Assembly (NCBI GenBank): GCA_964644665.1
Contig: CAZXXC010000002.1
Span: 6,281-70,280, forward strand
DNA length: 64,000 bases
Direction of reading: 5' to 3'
DNA from: an uncultured Methylococcaceae bacterium
Lineage (GTDB): Bacteria; Pseudomonadota; Gammaproteobacteria; Methylococcales; Methylococcaceae
Shown here: positions 1 to 7,111 of the stretch, one piece after another
Layout of the letters: each line of letters opens with the position of its first letter
How positions within the stretch are numbered: the first letter of the stretch is position 1
The notes under the pieces: model-generated
The model's input: the letters and a program-made list of their open reading frames with translations, nothing else
The model's database searches: none
Told to the model about the DNA's origin: nothing
Program-made: the position numbers and the translations under genes

Positions 1-30
1 CGAAGATTCCGCGATCGGTGATCGCGTCAC
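1..30 (-). CDS. possible 5' end of a gene running off the left edge (unknown product)
   Basis: Minus strand reads AGAAGGT (RBS-like)-acca-GTG ACG CGA TCA CCG..., open to the window edge; only 10 codons are visible. Confidence 0.3.
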   Translation of the reverse strand, partial: MTRSPIAESS

Positions 31-321
31 TGGTACCTTCTCAATTGTCGTGCCAACCCGAGTCCGCTCCGGAAACATCAGGATTGACGATGATTTTTGG
101 TTTCTTTTTGGGGGCGACGAAAGCGGTCCACGGTTTCGCGCCACCAATAGTTGCGGGGGCCGCAGATGGTTGCAGGAGAACACCGAGGTCGGGAGGGCGG
201 TCTCGATGACCGTGAATTCGACGTCGCAAGACGAACGGAGTTCGCGTCGCGCGGCAGTCCGATCGTACGGTGGGCGATCGTTCGCCCTCGGAGCCTCAGC
301 CGGTACCGAGAGCGCCCGGGA

Positions 322-1833
322 TCATGCGGAAGGGGATCGTGCGGCTGTGACCGGGACCGGGGCGCCTCCGGTGCCGGATGCTTGACCCCAGAGTTCGTCG
401 GCTGCCTTGCCTTGGCTTTCCGCCTGGGATTCGATGCTGGATCTGACGTGCATCAGCAGTTGTCCGATATGTTCTTGGGCGGCATTGACCGAGCCGAGCA
501 GATCGAACAGCACCTCCTGCTCGGCGAATGCGCCTGCGGTATAGTCGTCCAGAGCCCCGGCTTTCAGCGCCAGCACGTCGCTTTGTAAGCATCGGAGACG
601 TTCCAGATCCAAGGTGGGTGCGGCCTCGGTCTCGGCGATCCGGCGTTCGATCGCCGCGATCTTCAACAGGTATTCCCGCAGCACCTGCTGCCGCCGCGAT
701 TTGCGGCGTTGGCGCACTGCCTGCCACAGGAACAGCGCGGTACCCACCACCGCACCGACTACGCTGAGTCCGTTGCTCAGTGTTTCGACGTCATCGGCGG
801 TCAGCAGCGGTTCGCTGCGTTGCTGGAAGTGGATGCTGCCCGGATGCCGCGCCAGGCGCGGAGGAAGATCCAGCACCGAGCGTTCGATCGCGGGTTCGTG
901 CAAGCGCGCGAATCGGGACTCCAGTACCGCCTCCATCACGCGTTCCACTGTGGCGTTCGCCACCGAGTCATGGGCGACGAGGTAGACGGGTGTGCCGATG
1001 GTCTGGGTCGGTTTGTCGGGAACCGCCGGTTCGATCTGGTAGGTAAACGGCGGGATCAAGGTTTCGAAGACGTTGTGCCGCTCGACTTCGCCATCCGGCG
1101 GCGGGGCCATCGGGTTCAGGTAGACCGCGCTGAGCCGGAACGCGTCGGCGAACGGCACCGCGACCAGGCGGTAGTGTGCCTCTTGCACATAGCGATGGGT
1201 CGTGGTCGAGGGCAGGGTGGCCAGATGGAAAAGCGCATCGGGCAGGCCGGCATAACCGTCTTGCCCCGAGTGGCTTGCCAGATCGATATCCGGATCGATC
1301 TGGCGGGGGATGTAGCCCTCGCTGGTGGTTGCCGAAACCGGCGGGATCCCGGCCAGAGCCAGCACCGCCTTCGCGAGGCCCGCGGTCGCCGAGCCGACGG
1401 GACCGAGGTTGATCGTGTGGCCGCGCAGCGCTCCGAAGCTCTGGTCGACGGCGGATGCCAGTCCGGGTTTCACCAGCAAATGCAGTGCTTCGTTGTACAG
1501 CGGCATGACTTCCCGCACATGGGCGTACCGTTCGATATCCAGCGCTCCGTTCACCATCGCGAAGTCGACTTCGCGAGTATCGACCATTCGATAGATTTCC
1601 AGCGTCGTGGATGTCGGAATGACGCGGGCATCGACACCGTAGGTCGCAATCTCGCCCGCCAACAGCCGGGCGAACAAGGTGCGCGTGGTGCCTTCCGGTC
1701 CGGCAGTCAGCGTGATACGGCTTTCCGGGCTGTGGTCGGCCCTGTCGATCAGGAAGGAAATCGCCACCGCCAGTGCGACCAGGCCAATCGCGAGCAACAC
1801 CCGAGCCCGGCGGATGCCTTCAGCAAGCCGCAT
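322..1833 (-). CDS. TAXI-family (TRAP-associated) solute-binding protein with N-terminal anchor, C-terminal TM helix and helical tail
   Basis: ITLTAGPEGT, DFAMVNG, LYNEALHLLVK and INLGPVGSAT are TAXI-type segments; hydrophobic helices near the N-terminus and at LSVVGAVVGTALFLW; start uncertain (ATG 1833 or TTG 1860). Confidence 0.75.
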   Translation of the reverse strand: MRLAEGIRRARVLLAIGLVALAVAISFLIDRADHSPESRITLTAGPEGTTRTLFARLLAGEIATYGVDARVIPTSTTLEIYRMVDTREVDFAMVNGALDIERYAHVREVMPLYNEALHLLVKPGLASAVDQSFGALRGHTINLGPVGSATAGLAKAVLALAGIPPVSATTSEGYIPRQIDPDIDLASHSGQDGYAGLPDALFHLATLPSTTTHRYVQEAHYRLVAVPFADAFRLSAVYLNPMAPPPDGEVERHNVFETLIPPFTYQIEPAVPDKPTQTIGTPVYLVAHDSVANATVERVMEAVLESRFARLHEPAIERSVLDLPPRLARHPGSIHFQQRSEPLLTADDVETLSNGLSVVGAVVGTALFLWQAVRQRRKSRRQQVLREYLLKIAAIERRIAETEAAPTLDLERLRCLQSDVLALKAGALDDYTAGAFAEQEVLFDLLGSVNAAQEHIGQLLMHVRSSIESQAESQGKAADELWGQASGTGGAPVPVTAARSPSA

Positions 1834-1884
1834 GGAACCGAATCGGGTCTGGCGTGACAAGGTCTGAGTGGCAGATCGGCCGAA

Positions 1885-2985
1885 TCAACTCACCGCAGGC
1901 ACCAGAGCCGATGCGCAATCGGCGGCCGGGGCGGTGCGGCAGTCGGGGGGCAGGCCGTGAGCCAGCAGCAGCCTGCGGAGTTCGAGCAGCACCGGAAAGA
2001 CCTCCTGGTTCCAATCGCCTCCCTGGGAGTCGTAGGCCCGCTGCTCCGCCTCGACCGCCATACGGTCTTCGGTGAATACGGACTCCGTGAAATGGCGCAA
2101 CACAGGCCAGATCAGATTCAGCAGCCACGGAATTCTCGGTTTGCGGATCAACAACACGCCGAAACTCTGGCAGGTCTTGCCGGCGCTGTCCTTGGGCACA
2201 TAGGCGGACCACAACGAAAGGCTCGGACGGGTCTTGTCCTGACCGGCCACTTCGAGTGTCTGGTAGGGATAGACGGTGCGAATCGTCATCACGTCATAGT
2301 CCTTTTCGTCCCGCTCGCCGCCGATGTTCATCAGATGGACGCCGCCGTGCTGGCTACCGCCCTGGTGGTGAAAGTGATACTGCGCTTCGACCCAGCCGTC
2401 GCCGCTGGAATGGCCCAATAGCTGCGGTTTGATGTTGCCCATCAGCCGACGATGCAGGAATTGGTGGTTCATGTCCATCAGATTCTCATGCATGAACGAA
2501 TAATGGCAATCGACCTGCCGGCAGAACAGCATCGGCTTATACTCGCCGGTCGCATGCAGGGGTAAGTCCGGAAGCGCGACCCGATCGGCCTGCGCCGGAT
2601 CGCCGGGGAAGACGTAGATCAGCCCATGGGCCTCCCGGCAGGGATAAGCGCGCACGCTGCGCGGCGGCTTTGCCCCCTTCGCCAGATAGGGAATGTGGAC
2701 GATCCTGCCGGTCTCGGCATATCGCCACGCGTGGTAGCCGCATTGGATTTCGTTGCCGCAGACGACGCCGCGGCTCAACGGGAACTGCCGGTGGGCGCAG
2801 CGGTCTTCCAATGCGACTGCATGGCCGGATGCCGTGCGGTACAACACGATCGGTTCGCCGGCAAACCGCAACGGCAGCGTCTTGCCGACCTTGAGCTTGT
2901 GCGACAGGCTAAGCGGATACCAGAAGTTCGGGTCGAGATCGGTACGGCGGAGGTCTGGCTTGTCGGCCGGGGGCTTTGTCTTCAT
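1885..2985 (-). CDS. Rieske non-heme iron oxygenase alpha subunit (second sterol-demethylase-like Rieske)
   Basis: Rieske motif CAH-x16-CGYH and mononuclear Fe motif ENLMDMNHQFLH...EDRMAVEAEQ; ATG at 2985 preceded by AAGGAA; the 832-aa track ORF is over-extended at its 5' end. Confidence 0.9.
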   Translation of the reverse strand: MKTKPPADKPDLRRTDLDPNFWYPLSLSHKLKVGKTLPLRFAGEPIVLYRTASGHAVALEDRCAHRQFPLSRGVVCGNEIQCGYHAWRYAETGRIVHIPYLAKGAKPPRSVRAYPCREAHGLIYVFPGDPAQADRVALPDLPLHATGEYKPMLFCRQVDCHYSFMHENLMDMNHQFLHRRLMGNIKPQLLGHSSGDGWVEAQYHFHHQGGSQHGGVHLMNIGGERDEKDYDVMTIRTVYPYQTLEVAGQDKTRPSLSLWSAYVPKDSAGKTCQSFGVLLIRKPRIPWLLNLIWPVLRHFTESVFTEDRMAVEAEQRAYDSQGGDWNQEVFPVLLELRRLLLAHGLPPDCRTAPAADCASALVPAVS

Positions 2986-3237
2986 CAGAGTTCCTTGCTG
3001 TAACAAAGGGTGCCGCATGGCGCACTGGCGGGCGACCGCGATCGATCTCGAAGGTCCATTTTCCCAAGAGATTTTCCGGGCGAGATTTTGTCGCACGTTG
3101 GTGACCGACACGGCGGGTCTGTCGGACGATCGGTGCCGACGGCTAGTCGGATCGGCCCGAAGGCGCCGGATTGGCGTAAAATAGCCGATTTCCATCAAGG
3201 TCGGCCGCTGCGGTCCGCTCGAATCCTCATCGTTGTG

Positions 3238-4263
3238 ATGCAGACAGACAAGATTTTGGTGACCGGTGCAACCGGCCATCTCGGAGCCAACCTGGTGCGG
3301 CGCCTGCTGGCCGAAGGCGAGGCGGTTCGTGTGTTGATGCGTCCCGGTCGCGACAACGGCGCGATGGACGGGCTGGACGTCGAACGGGCTTACGGCGACC
3401 TGCGCGATGCCGACGCCACGTCCGCCGCCGTTCACGGGTGCCGATACGTTTATCACTGCGCGGCGCTGGTTTCGACCATCGAGGGAGGCGCGGCGCACAA
3501 ACGGGACGTCTACGACACCAATGTGCTGGGTACACGCCATGTGCTGGAATCCGCGTTGCGGCACGGCGTCGAGAAAGTCGTCGTGTCCGGCTCGCTCAGC
3601 GCCACCGGACACGAGCCAGACCGTTCGAGCCATGAGGACATGCCGTTCTACCCGTTCGAGCGGCAGTTGCCGTACGGTTATACAAAGCATCTGGTCGAGC
3701 ACGAGGCCTTGCGCGCGCATGCAGACGGTTTGAACGTCGTCGTCGCGACGTCCTGCGCGATCGTCGGCCCCCACGACTACGTCCCATCGCGCATGGGACG
3801 GGTCTTGATCGACTTCGCCCACGGCAGGCTGCGCGCTTACATTCCCGGCGGCTTCGAGTTCGTGTCCGGCCATGACATCGCCGAAGGTCACGTGCTGGCG
3901 ATGCGCCATGGACGCTCCGGCCAGAAATACATCATCAGCACGCAATACATGAGCGTGGACGATCTGATGACCGAATTCCACCGGATTACCGGCAGGCCCC
4001 GCCCGCGCCTCAGGCTTCCGCCGCCGGTCATGGCGGGTATCGCGGAAATCGCCGACCGAACGTGGTTCCGGCTGTTTCCGAACCAGCCGAGGCGCTTTAC
4101 CCCGGCTGCGGTGCGGCTGCTCAGGATGCGTCGCCGGGCGGACCACACCAAAGCGGCCCGGGAGCTGGGCTACCGGCCCACCAGCCTGACGTCGGCGCTG
4201 CAGCAGGCGTACGACGATTTCGTGCGGCGGGGCCTGATCCGATCGGCCCAGCGGCCGACTTGA
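3238..4263 (+). CDS. sdmB: NAD(P)-dependent extended SDR (3beta-HSD/epimerase family), likely sterol C-4 decarboxylase/reductase SdmB-like
   Basis: TGATGHLG Rossmann motif and YGYTK catalytic motif; first gene of an operon with a Rieske oxygenase and DHCR24. The family call is firm; the symbol comes from context. Confidence 0.7.
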   Translation: MQTDKILVTGATGHLGANLVRRLLAEGEAVRVLMRPGRDNGAMDGLDVERAYGDLRDADATSAAVHGCRYVYHCAALVSTIEGGAAHKRDVYDTNVLGTRHVLESALRHGVEKVVVSGSLSATGHEPDRSSHEDMPFYPFERQLPYGYTKHLVEHEALRAHADGLNVVVATSCAIVGPHDYVPSRMGRVLIDFAHGRLRAYIPGGFEFVSGHDIAEGHVLAMRHGRSGQKYIISTQYMSVDDLMTEFHRITGRPRPRLRLPPPVMAGIAEIADRTWFRLFPNQPRRFTPAAVRLLRMRRRADHTKAARELGYRPTSLTSALQQAYDDFVRRGLIRSAQRPT

Positions 4264-4301
4264 CCATCTGCGTATCGCGAGCGTAACCCGAGGACTGAAA
4301 G

Positions 4302-5426
4302 ATGAAGAACGGTCAGAGTGAATCCATTGCTTCCCCCCCGAAGTTCGAGGACGGGCGCAATTCCCGCCAAAAGGCACGGGCATCGGGCCTCGATCCGGAC
4401 TGCTGGTACGTCGTCGAATACGACAGCGCGATCAAGAAAGGCGAGATCAAGGAGATCGTGTTCTGGGGTGCTTCCATCGCCGTGTACCGCGGTGAGGACG
4501 GCCAACTGGCCGCGGTGCAGAACCGCTGTCCGCATCGGCAACTCAAACTTTCCAAAGGCGTCGTGCAGGATTGCAAGCTGCACTGCATGTATCACGGCTG
4601 GAGCTTCGACCGTGACGGCTGGCTGGTCGACTATTCGCACGACAGTTTCGGCAAACCGCTCTTGAAGAAGCAGCTCCGGACCTACCCGGTGCAAGTCCGC
4701 TACGGCTTCATCTGGCTGTTTCCAGGTGATCCGGCCAAGGCGGCCGAGCGCCCGCTGCCGGAGATTCCGGAGGTCGAGGGGCCGAACCCTTGGGCGTCGG
4801 TGCCGATCGATTTCACCTGGCAGGCGCATCATTCCATGATCATCGACAATGTCTGCGATTTTGCGCACGCCTTTCTGCACCGCAAGTACCGGCCGTTCAC
4901 GGATGCCAAGCTGCGCCACTATGAGGCGGACGACCATCGGGTCTATCTGACCTATGACACGTTCATGGGCGGCGGCAAGTATTCCGGGCTGTTCGTCGAC
5001 CGTCGGCGGGTCAACACCAAGTTCATCGAGCTGTGTTATGAATACCCCTACCAGTGGTCCAACACCGGTGGCTCGATCAAGCACTGGTGTTTTCTGCTGC
5101 CGATCGGCCCGCGCCGGACACGAGTGTTTTTCCTGTTCTATTTCGATGCGTTCAAGATTCCCGGCACGCCGTGGCGCATGCCTCAGAAACTGACTCAGTT
5201 CGTGTTGCGGGTGTCGAATCCGTTGCTGTTCAAGCCGCTGCTGACCGAGGACGGCGTGGCGCTGGAGGCCGAGCAGGATGCGTACGACCGCTACTGGGAC
5301 GAACCGCCGATCGAGCTGAATCCGGCGGTTCCGATGTTCCAGCAACTGACGGTGCGGAAGTGGGAAGAGTTCCTGGCGCGCAGCAACGGCGAGCATGTTC
5401 CGGAGCCGGGGCGCGCAGCGGCATGA
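4302..5426 (+). CDS. sdmA: Rieske oxygenase, likely sterol C-4 methyl oxidase SdmA-like
   Basis: CPH-x16-CMYH Rieske motif, DNVCDFAHAFLH and EDGVALEAEQ; AGGA RBS; lies between the SDR and DHCR24. The family call is firm; the symbol comes from context. Confidence 0.7.
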   Translation: MKNGQSESIASPPKFEDGRNSRQKARASGLDPDCWYVVEYDSAIKKGEIKEIVFWGASIAVYRGEDGQLAAVQNRCPHRQLKLSKGVVQDCKLHCMYHGWSFDRDGWLVDYSHDSFGKPLLKKQLRTYPVQVRYGFIWLFPGDPAKAAERPLPEIPEVEGPNPWASVPIDFTWQAHHSMIIDNVCDFAHAFLHRKYRPFTDAKLRHYEADDHRVYLTYDTFMGGGKYSGLFVDRRRVNTKFIELCYEYPYQWSNTGGSIKHWCFLLPIGPRRTRVFFLFYFDAFKIPGTPWRMPQKLTQFVLRVSNPLLFKPLLTEDGVALEAEQDAYDRYWDEPPIELNPAVPMFQQLTVRKWEEFLARSNGEHVPEPGRAAA

Positions 5427-7036
5427 CGAATGTTACGACCGATGATACCGACCGGCCGCGGACCCCGCGACAGGGCCTGTTCGAGTATCTGCTGACCCAC
5501 CACCGTGACCTGTTCGCGACGCTGTTCCTGCTGCCGTTGTCGGTCGGCTACGGCGTCTATCGTTCGCTGCGCAACCGGATCGCGTTTCGCATGAACAGCG
5601 CTCCGGCGCGGCACGAGGAACGCGTGAGGCGCGTGATCCGCCAGATCGAGGACTGGAAGGCGCAGGGTGCGCGGCAAAAGCTCTGTACCGCGCGATCGGG
5701 ATGGAAGTCGATGAGCGAGCTGGTACCGAAATACAAGCTGTCGCACCGGGCGATCGATGTCGGGCTGTCCGACATTCTGGAAGTCGACGAGGCGCGGCGC
5801 ATCGTTCGGGTGGAACCGCTGGTGACCATGGGCCAGATCACCGAAACGCTGCTGGCCCGCGGCTGGACCCTGCCAGTGCTGCCGGAACTGGAGGAACTGA
5901 CCGTGGGCGGCCTGATCATGGGCTTCGGCGTCGAGACCAGCAGTCACAAGTTCGGGCTGTTCCAGCACATCTGTGAGTCACTCGAGGTCGTCACGGCCGA
6001 AGGGAGGCGGTTGCGTTGCAGTGCCGACGAAAATCCAGAATTGTTCTATCTGCTGCCGTGGAGCCATGGCACGCTGGGGTTTCTGGTCGCGGCCGAACTG
6101 AAGATCATCCCGGCGCGCCGTTATGTCCGATTGCACTACCAGCCCGTGTACGGGCTCGAGAACATCGTCGCGGCGTTCGAGGCGGCTTCGCGGGCGACCG
6201 ACCGGCACGATTTCGTCGAAGGGCTCGTCTATAGCCGCGATCGCGCGGTGATTCTGTGCGGCAGCCTGACCGATGAAGCCGGTGTCGATGGCCGCGTGAA
6301 TCCGATCGGTCGCTGGTATCAGCCCTGGTTCTACAAGCATGCGGAGACTTTTCTGCTTGCCGACCGTGACGGCGTCGAGTACATCCCGCTGCGGCACTAT
6401 TATCACCGCCACACGCGCAGCCTGTTCTGGATGATGGAGGAAATCATCCCGAGCGGCAACCGGCCCTGGTTCCGCTGGCTGTTGGGCTGGGCGTTGCCGC
6501 CCCGAGTGGAGCTGCTGAAGCGCACCGAGACCGAAACCACGCGGAATCTCCGCGAAAGACACCAGACGCTGCAGGACATGCTGGTGCCGATGGCCCATCT
6601 GGGAGTTTCGATCCAGTATTTCGAGGACCATTTCCAACTGTATCCACTCTGGCTGTCGCCGATGGCGGTATACGACAACCCGCTGCACTGCGGGTTGGTG
6701 CACCCGTTCCGGCATGAGGACGGTAGGGTCGATCCGTTGTATGTCGACATCGGCGCCTACGGCGTCGCCAAGAAGCCCGGTTTCGACAACCGCGCGGCGT
6801 TGGGTCCGTTGGAACAATTCGTGATCGACCATCACGGTTATCAGGCCTTGTATGCCCAAACGCGGATGAGCCGCGAACAGTTCCGGACCATGTTCGATCA
6901 CCGCGATTACGACCGGTTGCGCGAGCAGCTGCCGTTCTGCCGGCAGGCGTTCGATGAGGTTTACGATAAAGTGTCGTCGCAGGCTCGGGCGGCTCCGAGC
7001 GAGATCAAGAAGCTCGCGCGCCAACGTCCACGCTGA
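5423..7036 (+). CDS. FAD-dependent Delta24-sterol reductase (DHCR24/DWF1/Diminuto family)
   Basis: LCTARSGW, VRVEPLVTMGQIT, PELEELTVGGLIMGFGVETSSHKFGLFQH, LPWSHGTLGFLVAAE, EYIPLRHYYHRHTRSLFW and AFDEVYDKVS are DHCR24 signatures; ATGA overlap with the upstream stop. Confidence 0.92.
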   Translation: MTNVTTDDTDRPRTPRQGLFEYLLTHHRDLFATLFLLPLSVGYGVYRSLRNRIAFRMNSAPARHEERVRRVIRQIEDWKAQGARQKLCTARSGWKSMSELVPKYKLSHRAIDVGLSDILEVDEARRIVRVEPLVTMGQITETLLARGWTLPVLPELEELTVGGLIMGFGVETSSHKFGLFQHICESLEVVTAEGRRLRCSADENPELFYLLPWSHGTLGFLVAAELKIIPARRYVRLHYQPVYGLENIVAAFEAASRATDRHDFVEGLVYSRDRAVILCGSLTDEAGVDGRVNPIGRWYQPWFYKHAETFLLADRDGVEYIPLRHYYHRHTRSLFWMMEEIIPSGNRPWFRWLLGWALPPRVELLKRTETETTRNLRERHQTLQDMLVPMAHLGVSIQYFEDHFQLYPLWLSPMAVYDNPLHCGLVHPFRHEDGRVDPLYVDIGAYGVAKKPGFDNRAALGPLEQFVIDHHGYQALYAQTRMSREQFRTMFDHRDYDRLREQLPFCRQAFDEVYDKVSSQARAAPSEIKKLARQRPR

Positions 7037-7111
7037 AACGACCGCGGCAGTGAGCCGCGCCATTACGATGTCTCCAACTCGTCCAATGCCGTCCTTCGGC
7101 CGATTTCCCGT

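Noticed and set aside
3238-4263. HpnA (hopanoid-associated epimerase) assignment
   Set aside because: Same SDR family, but no hpn genes are nearby and the Rieske/DHCR24 context favours a sterol role; not fully excluded without phylogeny
2986-4383. N-terminal ~466 aa of the 832-aa minus-strand ORF, suggesting a Rieske fusion protein
   Set aside because: It is the antisense shadow of the SDR gene; the Rieske protein has its own RBS and ATG at 2985
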